Below, in pieces: positions 9,219 to 19,938 of a stretch of 64,000 nt of DNA. The position numbers and the translations under genes were made by a program. This stretch comes from Candidatus Eremiobacteria bacterium. GTDB lineage: Bacteria; Vulcanimicrobiota; Vulcanimicrobiia; Vulcanimicrobiales; Vulcanimicrobiaceae. Position 1 is the first letter of the stretch. Every line of letters begins with the position of its first letter. The notes below the pieces were generated by a model, which did no database searches, was not told the DNA's origin, and saw only the letters and a list, made by a program, of their open reading frames with translations. The stretch lies in the NCBI GenBank assembly GCA_963737065.1, contig CAVTRC010000001.1, positions 512,001-576,000 of the forward strand. The letters run 5' to 3'.

Positions 9219-11027
9219 TTGATGACAGTAAAGGCTACCATGATGGTGTTGACACTTGATTTGCCGGCCACCGAGCGATACGTACGTGCGATGCTGCGCC
9301 GGGCACGCAATTTGGAACGCCTCAGCACGATACCGGTCGTAGGTTCGCTGTGTGCAGCGCTCGACGAAGAAAGCCCGGTCGCAATGGTGCGGGCGCTGAC
9401 CGAGTCGTCATTCGGCGTGGGTCGCGTCGATCGCGAACTCTACGAGCTGGTGCGCGCGTGCGACCTCGATGGAACCGCAACCCAGGAGGGGCTCTCGCGG
9501 CAATACGGCCTGTCCCGACGCCAATTCTTCCGGCGGCGTGCAATCGCGGTTCGGGCGATTGCGCACCGCGCACGTGAACTTCTGCGCGGCGTGGAGATCG
9601 GCGTACAACCGACGAGCAGTGCCGACGCGCTCGTGACACATGCGCTTTCCGAAACGGAACCCGCTTCGGTGTTGCGTCTCTACCCCGTACTCGACGTTGA
9701 GACGAAAGCGCGCCACACCGCCGCACTTTTTCGCGCGCGGCTCGATTCGGGCGAGCATATTGCGCTGGCAAGCGCGCTTGATGCCCCGCGCGAACACCGC
9801 GCTGTCGCTCTCGCCCTCGCGGCGCAGTCACAAACGATTGCGGGCGACGAAAACGGATGCGCCGCGACGCTATCCGAACTTCGCACGATGTTGCGAGAGC
9901 CGAGTGAGAATGACGGGAATGAAGTGCGGTTCGAACTTGAATTTCTGAATTTCTCGCGTGCACGTATTCGTGGATACGTTCACGGAATGCGTAGCGCCGC
10001 TGAACGTATGCGCCGCCTCGCAGCTCCGCGATCGCGTTTCTCAACGCGGGCCGAGCGTGCGGCCGTCGAAACAGAACTCTGTGAAGGCAGGCTCGAGGAC
10101 GCCCGCCGGGACACGCAAGCGTTGGAGAGCATCGCATTGCAAAGCAATGATCTGCGAAGCGTCGCATGGTGCAGACTCTTCGACGCGCTGATCGCGCTTC
10201 GCACCGGTGCGGTCGAAGAGGCGCAGGCGCTCGTGCTGCTTGCGGACGTCGCACTCTCGCACGTTCACCCGGACGCCGCGATCGCACGCGGCATCGCGGG
10301 CGAAATTTCATTGCGCACGGGCCATCCGTGGTCGGCAGAAGATCTTCTTGCGACGCGACCGCGGTTGTCGTGGGACCGCACCGTGCTGCTCGTGTGGCTC
10401 GCCCGTCACCTCCTCCAAGAAAACGACATCGCGCGAACGCAAGCTCTTGCCGAAGAAGCGCTTACGATCGCGTCGGCACAGGAATACAACGCCGTAGCCG
10501 GATTAGCGGCGACGACCCTTGGAGCAGCGTTCGATGCGCGCGGCGCGGCGGCGACCGCGCAAAGATGGTATCGCCACGCACTCGCTCTTTCGGCCGCTAA
10601 TGCGAATGTGCTCGACGCGATCCGGATGTTCGCTATCCCCGGGCTGCCGCAACGCGCGTTCGGCCCCTTTGAGGATATCGGTGCCGTCGCAAATGCGCTC
10701 GCGGAACGAATCGATATCGGATACCCGCTAGAGGTCGGCGGTGTGCCCGGATCCGATCCGTCGCTCTGCGCGTATTTCGAAGCCGTGCTCCGCTTCGCGC
10801 GTGGCGATGGATTGAGCATCGTGATGTCGGCGACCGCGGCGTTCAAAAACGCGGCACCACGTCGATTCGCACAGTTCGTGCGTAACGCGCCCGACATTAC
10901 ATCCGTTGTGCTGCTCGGCAGCACGATGCTGCTTCCTCAGAACGAGCGCAGCGACTTCGCGCGTCAAGTGCGTGTCGCTCTGCAACTCTCCGGTATCACG
11001 GACGCGTCAATGCCCATAGCGAGATGA
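9219..11027 (+). CDS. Hypothetical regulator: N-terminal HTH-like segment plus helical (TPR-like) repeats
   Basis: TQEGLSRQYGLSRRQFFRRR resembles an HTH. Ala/Leu-rich helical body. ATGA overlap with the next gene. Start uncertain (9219-9243). Confidence 0.6.
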   Translation: MMTVKATMMVLTLDLPATERYVRAMLRRARNLERLSTIPVVGSLCAALDEESPVAMVRALTESSFGVGRVDRELYELVRACDLDGTATQEGLSRQYGLSRRQFFRRRAIAVRAIAHRARELLRGVEIGVQPTSSADALVTHALSETEPASVLRLYPVLDVETKARHTAALFRARLDSGEHIALASALDAPREHRAVALALAAQSQTIAGDENGCAATLSELRTMLREPSENDGNEVRFELEFLNFSRARIRGYVHGMRSAAERMRRLAAPRSRFSTRAERAAVETELCEGRLEDARRDTQALESIALQSNDLRSVAWCRLFDALIALRTGAVEEAQALVLLADVALSHVHPDAAIARGIAGEISLRTGHPWSAEDLLATRPRLSWDRTVLLVWLARHLLQENDIARTQALAEEALTIASAQEYNAVAGLAATTLGAAFDARGAAATAQRWYRHALALSAANANVLDAIRMFAIPGLPQRAFGPFEDIGAVANALAERIDIGYPLEVGGVPGSDPSLCAYFEAVLRFARGDGLSIVMSATAAFKNAAPRRFAQFVRNAPDITSVVLLGSTMLLPQNERSDFARQVRVALQLSGITDASMPIAR

Positions 11028-12349
11028 ACAACGAAGCTCGAGGACCGTACGGACCAGCAGCGGCGGCGCATTACGCATTCGGGTCGTTCACGTATGATGC
11101 CAAACGGACGAAATTGCAGTGCTATGGCGTCGACATTCCGCTCAAACCGAAAACCGGCGCGCTTCTGCATTATTTTCTGCAGCATCCGCACCGGGTGATC
11201 ACCAAAACCGAACTCCTCGACACACTATGGCGCAATGAAGACGTGATCGAAGCGAACCTCGCGCAGCACGTCTTCCTGCTTCGTCAAGCATTCGCGACGT
11301 ATTCCCCGGGCGAGACGTTCATCGTGACGACTGCGCGTCAAGGCTATTGCTTCGTCGCGCCCGTACAAACCGTCGCGCAACCGCGCCCGGTCCGCGGTGC
11401 GCCATGGAAATCGTATGTCGAAGGCCGCTTCTTCCTGGACCCACGCACGAAGACGTCGCTCGAGCGCGCCATCGGCGCGTTTGAGCGGACGGTCGCGGAA
11501 GATGAGGCGCATGCCGGCGCGCACGCGGGAATCGCGGAAGCACTCGTGCTGGCAGTCGAACATCTTTTCCTCAAACCGCTCGCGGCGTTCACACGGGCGC
11601 GCGACGAAGCGCAGCGCGCACTCGAACTCGATCCAGAGAACGTCGAAGCGTATATCGCGCTCGGAAACATCCATCTCTTTTACGACTGGGATTTCGTTGC
11701 CGCATACGAAGCGCTCGAACGAGCAACGTGGCTCGACCCCAGCCACGCATCTAGCCGGCTGCATAAAGCGCGCTTCTTGGCAGTCGTCGGAAACTATGAG
11801 GCGGCCGTCTCAGAGATCGAGTCGGTGCTCTCGCGCAAACCGTACTCGCTCAGAGCAATGACCGAATACGCCGCCGCCGCGCTGCTCCACGACGACTTCG
11901 AGACCGTCTACGAAATGACTGACGCCGCGATTTCGCTCGACCCGACGCACGCGATCGCAGGCTACTATCGTATCGCCGCACTTGCGCTCACGGGCCGCTA
12001 CGAAGACGCATTACGATTGCACGAGTCAAGCGATAGTACAACGTACGAACCGCAGTCGCTCGCAATTGCGGCCTACGCGGCCGCGCGCGCCGGCGAACTG
12101 CGCCGTGCTCGTGAATTTGCCGAAAAAATTGACGATGAATCGCGCTGGCCGTTCGTATCGTCATTTCCCCGAGCTCTCTCGCGCATCGGCTTCAACGAAC
12201 TCGAAGAGGCACGCGTTATTCTCGAAAGCGGAATTCAACGGCGCGACCCATTGAGCGTTTTCATTCTTCGGCACCCGGCGTTCCGCGAGGTGCCGCACAT
12301 CGATCAGCTGCGGCACGCGATCGGCCCACTCCATCGCATTCATCAATAG
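11024..12349 (+). CDS. Winged-helix (OmpR/CadC-type) DNA-binding domain plus TPR regulator
   Basis: LLHYFLQHPHRVITKTELLDTLW...NLAQHVFLLR...TTARQGYCF, then TPRs (ALELDPENVEAY). Confidence 0.85.
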   Translation: MNNEARGPYGPAAAAHYAFGSFTYDAKRTKLQCYGVDIPLKPKTGALLHYFLQHPHRVITKTELLDTLWRNEDVIEANLAQHVFLLRQAFATYSPGETFIVTTARQGYCFVAPVQTVAQPRPVRGAPWKSYVEGRFFLDPRTKTSLERAIGAFERTVAEDEAHAGAHAGIAEALVLAVEHLFLKPLAAFTRARDEAQRALELDPENVEAYIALGNIHLFYDWDFVAAYEALERATWLDPSHASSRLHKARFLAVVGNYEAAVSEIESVLSRKPYSLRAMTEYAAAALLHDDFETVYEMTDAAISLDPTHAIAGYYRIAALALTGRYEDALRLHESSDSTTYEPQSLAIAAYAAARAGELRRAREFAEKIDDESRWPFVSSFPRALSRIGFNELEEARVILESGIQRRDPLSVFILRHPAFREVPHIDQLRHAIGPLHRIHQ

Positions 12350-12599
12350 TTATCATCGCTGCCAACGTTCGCACACCGGCGCGGTACGCAGTGCGGCCAC
12401 GTCTAAACATACGGACATCGACTTGATAGCCCTCAGTCGATCGAAGTGAGCACGATCCTCCACAACCCGTGCTCGCTTCTTTTTTACTCTGTCCGGCTCG
12501 CATATCGTCCGGCGCTCTCGCCAAGCAAGTGCTCCGTTCGAACGTCACACGCGCGTCGTCCAAACGTTTACGGCGACTCTTTTCGGGCATCTTTCACGA

Positions 12600-14690
12600 A
12601 TGAGACGAATCGCCGCCTGGCTTGCTGCCGCGCTGCTGCTTACGGCATGTCAAAATAACGCTTCGAGCCAGCAAACGCAGTCGTCGGGATCACCCGCTGT
12701 AACGGCGTCCGCGGCAACGCCGCAATCATCAGCCACCGATTGGTCGATGCCGGGCGGAAACCCCGGCGGAAATCGCACGACGGCGCTCACGCAGATCACG
12801 CCGGACAACGTTTCGCAGTTGAAAAAAGCATGGATCACGGCGGTTGCCGATGACGGCGAGGAAGAGTCGAATCCGATCGAAGCCGGCGACACGCTGTATA
12901 TTACGACCGCGCATGATAACGTGCTCGCGATGAGCGCGCTCGACGGCAAACTGAAGTGGGCATTTACGTATAACCCGCAGTACGAACTTCAGTATCCGGT
13001 CAATCGGGGCGTCGGCGTCGATAACGGCAAAGCATATATTTTTACGCAAGACTGTCGTTTGATAGCGCTCGATACGTCAACGGGGAAGATGGCGTTCAAC
13101 GTCCCCGCGTGCCACGACACCACAAATACTTGGTATTCGAGCGCCGCATATATCTACAATCACGCGATCATTGTGGGCACGTCCGGCGGCGATCTCGGAA
13201 GCGATGGGTTGATCAGCGCGTTCGATGAGAACGACGGCCATCGTCTGTGGGATTGGAACACCGTCGCACACCCGGGCGAAGCGGGTGCCAACACATGGCC
13301 CGGCAATTCGTGGCAGCACGGCGGCGCAGCGGTATGGGCCGGGCTCTCCGCGGGCGCGGATCCGAATATCGTGTACGCCGCGCCGGGAAACCCCGAACCG
13401 AATCTGACGACGTACGGTCACCAAGGCCGCAACTTGTATTCTGATTCCGTCGTCGCGCTCGACATTTCAGGCGCGAAGCCGGCGTTGAAATGGTACTACC
13501 AAATCATGCAAGGCGACACGCACGACGCCGATCCCGCGATGCCGCCGGTCATCTTCAACGCCAATGTGAACGGTTCGCAACGAAGCCTGCTCGCCGTCGG
13601 CGATAAAGCCGGAGATTTCATCATCCTGGATCGCAGTAACGGTAAAGTCGTCTATCGCATGTCGGTCAGCAAACAAACGAACATCTTCACGACGCATCCG
13701 ACGGTGAGCGGAACGTTCGCCTGCCCCAATCACGGGGGCGGAATCGAATTCAACGGCGGCGCGTACTCAGCGCAGACGAATATGTTCTATATTCCGAGCA
13801 CGCAAGAGTGCGCAACGTGGAAGCTGATCTATACGAAGGCGGTTCCATACGTTGCGGGGCAACCGTATACGGCCGGGCCGCTCCCGAAGCGCCGTGCCGC
13901 GACGGGCGTCTTGAGCGCCGTGGACGTAAACAGCGGAAAAGTCGCATGGACGTTCGCGATGCCGTATTCCGCGCAAGGCGGCGCGTTGACGACGAGCAAC
14001 GGTCTAGTCTTCACCGACGATCTGCGCGGTCGCGTGTACGCGCTCGATGCTAAAACCGGCAAGGAATTGTGGCACGATGACGTCGGCGCGGCAATCGTCG
14101 CACCGCTTGCCGCATATCAAGGCTCTGACGGCAACGAGTACATCGTCGTGATGGCGGGCGAAGCGGGAAATCAGCAAACGGCAAACCTGCCGCCGACGCC
14201 CGGCAAAGCGCGCCTCGTCGCCTACCGGCTGAACGTGACGCAGACGACGCAAAACGGGACGAGCGGTCAAACCGTCCCCGTCGTCGCGAAGGCTTCGACG
14301 GGAAACAAGACGGAAAGCGGTGGGGTCGCGAGCGTCGTCGGTGCGGGGACCGCGCCGTACACCGCGGCGCAAGTACAGCAAGGACAGTCGCTCTATCAAG
14401 CGCACTGCGCGTCTTGTCACGGCGCAAAGCTACAAGGCGTCTCCGCGCCTGCGCTCACCGGTCCGACGTTTGCGCGCGCGCACCTGAACGTTTCGCAGAT
14501 GTTCGATATCGTGCGTCAGCAGATGCCGCTCAACGCACCGGGTTCACTCTCGCAAGACAACTACGCCGCAATCATGGCGTTTCTCGTCAAAGGTGATTGC
14601 GTGAAGCCGAGCGGAAGCAATGAACCGTTCCCGAGCACGAATTCACCCGCACTCACGAAGGTAACGATCGGCACTAAGAGTTGTCTTTAG
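12600..14690 (+). CDS. PQQ-dependent dehydrogenase lipoprotein with C-terminal cytochrome c (quinohemoprotein-like)
   Basis: LTAC lipobox, PQQ propeller W-repeats (DGKLKW, TGKELW), VNRG motif, CASCH heme motif. Confidence 0.85.
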   Translation: MRRIAAWLAAALLLTACQNNASSQQTQSSGSPAVTASAATPQSSATDWSMPGGNPGGNRTTALTQITPDNVSQLKKAWITAVADDGEEESNPIEAGDTLYITTAHDNVLAMSALDGKLKWAFTYNPQYELQYPVNRGVGVDNGKAYIFTQDCRLIALDTSTGKMAFNVPACHDTTNTWYSSAAYIYNHAIIVGTSGGDLGSDGLISAFDENDGHRLWDWNTVAHPGEAGANTWPGNSWQHGGAAVWAGLSAGADPNIVYAAPGNPEPNLTTYGHQGRNLYSDSVVALDISGAKPALKWYYQIMQGDTHDADPAMPPVIFNANVNGSQRSLLAVGDKAGDFIILDRSNGKVVYRMSVSKQTNIFTTHPTVSGTFACPNHGGGIEFNGGAYSAQTNMFYIPSTQECATWKLIYTKAVPYVAGQPYTAGPLPKRRAATGVLSAVDVNSGKVAWTFAMPYSAQGGALTTSNGLVFTDDLRGRVYALDAKTGKELWHDDVGAAIVAPLAAYQGSDGNEYIVVMAGEAGNQQTANLPPTPGKARLVAYRLNVTQTTQNGTSGQTVPVVAKASTGNKTESGGVASVVGAGTAPYTAAQVQQGQSLYQAHCASCHGAKLQGVSAPALTGPTFARAHLNVSQMFDIVRQQMPLNAPGSLSQDNYAAIMAFLVKGDCVKPSGSNEPFPSTNSPALTKVTIGTKSCL

Positions 14691-14711
14691 CGGTGGAGAA
14701 GCACGCGGTCG

Positions 14712-15509
14712 ATGAACAAGACCGCAGTCTACGTCGGCAACGACCGCGTGCTTCTCCGGACCGTGAACGGTTACAAAATGTTCGTCGATGCCCGCGACGT
14801 TTCGATCGCTCCGCATCTCATTCTCGACGGCGCGTTTGAAGAATATACGGACGCGGTACTGCGCTCGATCCTCCAACCGGGCATGGACATCCTCGAAATC
14901 GGCGCAAACGTCGGCGTCTTCACGTTATTGATGGCGCATCGCACGGGGCCCAAAGGTTCCGTCTTATCGTTTGAGTGCGATCCCGAACTCGCGCAAATCG
15001 TACGCGACAACCTCGAAATTAACGGCCTCTCGCACATCGGAACGGTTGACGAGCGCGCCGTGAGCGACACTGCCGCAACGCTTCGCTTCTTCAGCGCGGC
15101 GCATCATCGCGGAAACGGAACGCTCGTGGAAGGTCTCGAACAGATTCCCCGCATGGCGCTCGAACGCCGTGAGATCACGGTACAAAGCACGACCGTAGAC
15201 GCAATCCTGAAGGAACGCCGGCGCGCATTCGATCTCGTAAAGATCGACGCGGAAGGCGCGGAGAGCGCGATCTTCCGCGGCGGTTCATCGCTCTTCGCCG
15301 ACCGCAGCCGGCCCCTGCGCGTGATCGTCGAATTCGCGCCGGAGTTCATCGCAAAATCCGGCGACGACCCTTGCGCATACCTCGATCGGTGGGAGTCGAG
15401 CGGATTCACGATCCAACGTATCGACGAGCGCAAAAAGAAAGCGCTGCCCGTAACACGAGACACGTTACTGGCAACGCATATTTCCGACATCTTACTTACG
15501 CGAACGTGA
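14712..15509 (+). CDS. FkbM-family SAM-dependent methyltransferase
   Basis: ILEIGANVG and DLVKIDAEGAE motifs. Confidence 0.9.
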   Translation: MNKTAVYVGNDRVLLRTVNGYKMFVDARDVSIAPHLILDGAFEEYTDAVLRSILQPGMDILEIGANVGVFTLLMAHRTGPKGSVLSFECDPELAQIVRDNLEINGLSHIGTVDERAVSDTAATLRFFSAAHHRGNGTLVEGLEQIPRMALERREITVQSTTVDAILKERRRAFDLVKIDAEGAESAIFRGGSSLFADRSRPLRVIVEFAPEFIAKSGDDPCAYLDRWESSGFTIQRIDERKKKALPVTRDTLLATHISDILLTRT

Positions 15510-15520
15510 TCGCCACAGTG

Positions 15521-16537
15521 TTACGTGGCGGCCTTCTCTAAGTGGCCGCCGAATTCGTAGCGCATTGCGGAAAGAATGCGATCCTGAAATTCTGCGTCAC
15601 CGCGTGACGAGAAGCGTTCGTAAAGCGCACAGCTGAGTACGGGCGCCGGCACAGCTTCGTCGATCGCCGCTTTGATCGTCCAGCGACCTTCACCGGAATC
15701 GGAAACGCGGCCGGCAAATTCACTCAAATTCGCGTCCTTGACGAACGCTGCTGCGGTGAGGTCCAGCAGCCACGACGCAATCACCGAACCGCGGCGCCAT
15801 ACCTCCGTCACTTCAGTGAGATCGATGTCATATTGATAATGTTCCGGATCGCGCAGCGGCGTCGTTTCCGCGTCTGATTCTTGCTGATGCTTCCCAACGT
15901 TCGCATTCTTCAGAATGTTCAATCCTTCGGCGTATGCAGCCATGACGCCGTACTCGATCCCGTTGTGTACCATTTTTACGAAGTGACCGGCGCCGCTCTG
16001 ACCGCAGTGAAGATAGCCTTCTTCCGCAGTTCCTTTGTTTTCAGGGCGACCGGGCGTACGGTCGATCGCGCCGCGGCCGGGCGCGAGCGCTTTAAAAATC
16101 GGATTCAAGTAATCGACGGCGTCATCCGGACCGCCGATCATCATACAATAGCCGCGTTCGAGTCCCCATACTCCACCGCTCGTTCCAACGTCGACGTAAT
16201 CGATACCGCGCGCATGCAGTTGGTTCGCGCGGGCGATGTCGTCGATGTAGTACGAGTTGCCGCCGTCAATGAGAATGTCGTCGCGTTCGAGCAGCGGCGA
16301 AATTTCCGCGATGCTGTCGTCGACGACGCCCGCGGGAACCATCATCCACACGGCACGGCGCTTGTTCAACTTAGCAACGAAGTCTTTGAGTGACGACGAT
16401 CCCGTCGCGCCCTCGGATGCCAAATCACGTACGGCATCGGGATTTCTGTCGTAGACCACGCAGTCGTGTCCGGCGCGCATTAGCCGGCGGACCATATTTG
16501 CGCCCATGCGGCCAAGTCCGATCATGCCCAGTTGCAT
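15521..16537 (-). CDS. gnd: 6-phosphogluconate dehydrogenase, decarboxylating (short form)
   Basis: [46 protein letters not shown]. Confidence 0.95.
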   Translation of the reverse strand: MQLGMIGLGRMGANMVRRLMRAGHDCVVYDRNPDAVRDLASEGATGSSSLKDFVAKLNKRRAVWMMVPAGVVDDSIAEISPLLERDDILIDGGNSYYIDDIARANQLHARGIDYVDVGTSGGVWGLERGYCMMIGGPDDAVDYLNPIFKALAPGRGAIDRTPGRPENKGTAEEGYLHCGQSGAGHFVKMVHNGIEYGVMAAYAEGLNILKNANVGKHQQESDAETTPLRDPEHYQYDIDLTEVTEVWRRGSVIASWLLDLTAAAFVKDANLSEFAGRVSDSGEGRWTIKAAIDEAVPAPVLSCALYERFSSRGDAEFQDRILSAMRYEFGGHLEKAAT

Positions 16538-16658
16538 CGTGCAAGGCTCTCCTCTTCGTTCGGAAAGCCAGGGTAGTTCGTCGCATTTTTCCATGCTCCC
16601 GGGAATAGTACAAAGGGCCGCACGCTCCAGCGCGGGAACCCGTCGCACCGGCATACAT

Positions 16659-17660
16659 ATGGATAACGACGACCTCACAGCGGGCCACTCCAATCAAATC
16701 GTTCCGCGGCCGGAAGCGCCGCTCGCGGAATCCGCGCCCGCACCGCTCAAGGCGCTACCCGAGCAGCCCGAAGCGGAGACAACCGAAGCAGCGCCGGCAG
16801 AACCTCCGGCGCCGACGCTACAGCAGACACAAGCCGCTGAAGGCCGCAAGCGCGCGCAAGAAACGTGGACGCGCATCTCGGGTGCTAAAGAGAGCGGTGA
16901 AACGATCCCCGCAAAAGTCAAATCGGAAATCAAGGGTGGCTTGCTTCTCGACGTCGAGGGCTACCGCGCATTTCTTCCGGCATCGCAAACGCGCGTACCG
17001 AAAGGCGAATCGTTCGCATCGCTCGTCGGCAAAGAGATCGCCGTTAAAGTCATCGACGTCGATCAAAAGCGCAAACGTCTCGTCGTGTCGCATCGCCGCG
17101 CCGCAGAACAAGAACGCCGCGCCGCGCGTCAAGCGTTGCTCGGATCGTTGCGGGTCGGCGAAGAACGCAGCGCGACCGTCGTACGGATCGCAGACTTCGG
17201 CGCATTCGTCGATCTCGGTGGCGTCGATGCGCTCGTACCGATCGGCGAACTCGCATTCGAGCGGCTAGAAAAGCCGACCGATGCGGTCAACATCGGCGAT
17301 AGATTTCAAGTCAAAGTGTTGCGGATCGACGAAGGCGGCAAGAAAATCGCCGTATCGCGTAAAGCCGCGCTTCCCGACCCGTGGCGCGATCATTCGAACT
17401 TGTTGAAGCACGGCACGGTAACCGAAGGCCGCGTCGTCGCGAAAGAACCGCGGCTCCAAGTCGAGATTGCACCCGGTGTGATCGGCAGCATTTCGGATCG
17501 CGAAGCGAATCCTGAGGAGTACGAGATCGGCGAGCCGATCGAGGTAACGGTACGTTCCGTCGACTATCGCAACCGGCGTATCCGCTTAAGCACGACGCAT
17601 TCCGCCAGCGCGTTCTCGTCAACGTCGTTCGCGCCGCTTGGGAAAGAACTCGGCGGGTAG
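16659..17660 (+). CDS. S1 RNA-binding domain protein (about three S1 repeats, RpsA-like)
   Basis: [44 protein letters not shown]. Confidence 0.85.
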   Translation: MDNDDLTAGHSNQIVPRPEAPLAESAPAPLKALPEQPEAETTEAAPAEPPAPTLQQTQAAEGRKRAQETWTRISGAKESGETIPAKVKSEIKGGLLLDVEGYRAFLPASQTRVPKGESFASLVGKEIAVKVIDVDQKRKRLVVSHRRAAEQERRAARQALLGSLRVGEERSATVVRIADFGAFVDLGGVDALVPIGELAFERLEKPTDAVNIGDRFQVKVLRIDEGGKKIAVSRKAALPDPWRDHSNLLKHGTVTEGRVVAKEPRLQVEIAPGVIGSISDREANPEEYEIGEPIEVTVRSVDYRNRRIRLSTTHSASAFSSTSFAPLGKELGG

Positions 17661-17694
17661 CTCCAGCTCCTGTTCAAATTGTGCGAGGAGAAGC

Positions 17695-17829
17695 TAGGCC
17701 CTCGATCCGGGAGACGCAGAAAAATGACATCGTGTCGCTTTTCTGCTCGACTGATTTTTGCGCGGAGCAAGCTTTGAAACACACATCCTGTGTGGGCGCA
17801 AAAATCAGACGCTCCCGGCTCGACGCCTA
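17695..17829. other. Structured non-coding element (multi-branched inverted repeats)
   Basis: Nested inverted repeats between convergent genes. See finding. Confidence 0.6.
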
Positions 17830-17858
17830 CGCGCCTGCCCGGATGAGCTAAACCTACG

Positions 17859-18969
17859 TTAGTGCGTGATTGCGGTTTCTTGCGCGGAAAGCGCGTGCCA
17901 CTTGCCATCGCGCATGGCATAGACGTCGGTGTAACGGAGACGGAGTACGGGGCGGCCGTTTTGCGTGATGGTGTTGAGACCATGGACGATGGCGACGTTT
18001 CCGACGATGTCTACGGTTTGTTCGCTTGTCTTTTGCTGGTACGGTTTCGGCTGGCGAACGAGCTGCAGTTCCTCGTTGCGGTAGCGAACGCGGCCTTGAT
18101 AATTCGTATGCACGAAGTTGTCGTCGAGGATGGTAGCGAGCGCGGCGGCATTTCGATCTTGAATCGCTTGCGTCCATCGTGCTTCCGTTGCGAGGACGGC
18201 TTGCGCAGCAGGGCTCGCGCTTGCGCGCACCGCGGTCGGCAGCGCGAGAATCGCGAGCGCAAGGGCGATCGCTCGAATGATAACGTGTGCGCGCGCGAAT
18301 GCGTCGCGGATGCGCCGCGCGAACGCGACCGCATGCGGGCTGTCGCCGTGGAGACAAATCGTTTGTGCGTGGCCGCGTTCGACGAGATCGAGAGCTTGTT
18401 GTACGGCTTCGTCTTCATCGTCGATGAGCGCGTCGGGGCGCGAACGCGGAACGAGCGTGCCGTCGAGGCATGTAGCGCCGATCGGCGAATCCTTCGCCGA
18501 CCGTGCGCAGCCCGTGCGCGCGACCGCTTTCGATTTGTGCGCCGCCCGCAAGCGCGTACACGAGCAGCGATGTCGAGACATCGGCAACGGCGCGTGAAAC
18601 GGCGTCCGCGACGGCGACATCGCGCGCCGCCAAATTGTAGAGCGCACCGTGCGCCTTGACGTGATGGAGCCTTGCGCCTTGCTTGCGCGCGATCGCGCAA
18701 AGCGTCTCGATCTGCGAACGAACGTCTTCATAGATTTCATGCGGTGCGCGCGGCATTTCGATCCGGCCGAAGGTCTCGCGATCGGGGAACGAGGGATGCG
18801 CGCCGATCGCGACGCCGTTGCGCTCTGCAAGCCGGATCGTCTCACGCATCGTTTCCGCATCGCCCGCATGCGCACCGCACGCGATGTTCGCGGACGTCAC
18901 GATTCCCATCAGCGCGCCGTCGTCGCCGCATCCCTCGCCGAGGTCTGCGTTCAGATCGATTTCCTTCAT
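17859..18969 (-). CDS. pxpA: 5-oxoprolinase subunit PxpA (LamB/YcsF), one frameshift near 18470, reading through into a hydrophobic segment and a DUF4440/NTF2-like domain
   Basis: [32 protein letters not shown] and EGFADRRY in one frame. DGTLVPRS...TICLHGD in the adjacent frame, continuing to [18 protein letters not shown]. Confidence 0.8.
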
Positions 18970-19938
18970 CGCCCACTCCGTTCGATCGCAAGCCTTCGTA
19001 TTGCCGTTACGTACTTCCGCCGGTCGTCTGCGGCCTGGTACGCTTCTTCGTCGGTCGCGGCTACGAACTGCACCAAGTCGCCCGGACGGCGTTGTGCCAC
19101 GAGCGGTAGATCTGGGTCGATAACGACGCCGGCCTTTGGATAGCCGCCTGTCGTGTGCGCGTCGGCGAGCAACACGATCGGTTCACCGGACGGCGGCACT
19201 TGTATCACGCCCGGAAAGACGCCGTGTGATGGAAGCTCTTCGCCGGTGTAGCGCAAAGCGCGACCCTCTAATCGGTAGCCCATACGGCTGCTTTGGTGCC
19301 CGACTCGCCATCGTTCTTGCCAGATCTGCGCGCGGGAGCGCTCGTCGAAGCGATCGATCTCGCCGCCGGGCATCATGCGAACAGCCGTTATGCCGTCGCG
19401 TTCTGCGCGCACGAACAGATTGAGTTGCGGCGGAGCGATTGCGAACGCCGGGCCCGCCGGAAGAGTCGACGCGCGCATCACAAGTCGATCGCCTGCGCGC
19501 AGCGCGCGTCCGGCGAATCCACCGAACGCCGCGGTTACGTCCGTCGTTCGCGATCCGAAGACCAGCGGAACGTCGATCCCTCCAGCGACCGCGATGTACG
19601 AATATACATCGCGCGCGGGACGCGCGAATCGCAGCACCGAGCCCGCGCGCGCGATGTGCTTGGCCCAATTCGCGCATCTGCGCCCATCGAGTATCGCATC
19701 GCATTGTGCGCCGGTGATAGCGAAAGCGACCGCCGACGTGAAGCGTACCACGCACGCGCCCAACGTGAGCTCGATCGCGGCGCAATCGAACTCGTTGCAT
19801 AGCAAAACATTTGCGATATCGAATGCGAGCGCATCTGCCGCCCCGCACCATGCGATGCCCTCGTGACGATGTCCGACGCGCCCGCGATCGACGACGAGCA
19901 TCTGCGCCGCGGCCCGCTCGACGATGCAGCTCGCTCAC
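18966..19938 (-). CDS. pxpC: 5-oxoprolinase subunit PxpC (probable frameshift just after GTG 19938, intact ORF from 19901)
   Basis: DRGRVG, SSRMGYRL, GVIQVPPSGEPIVLLADAHTTGGYP. Confidence 0.85.
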
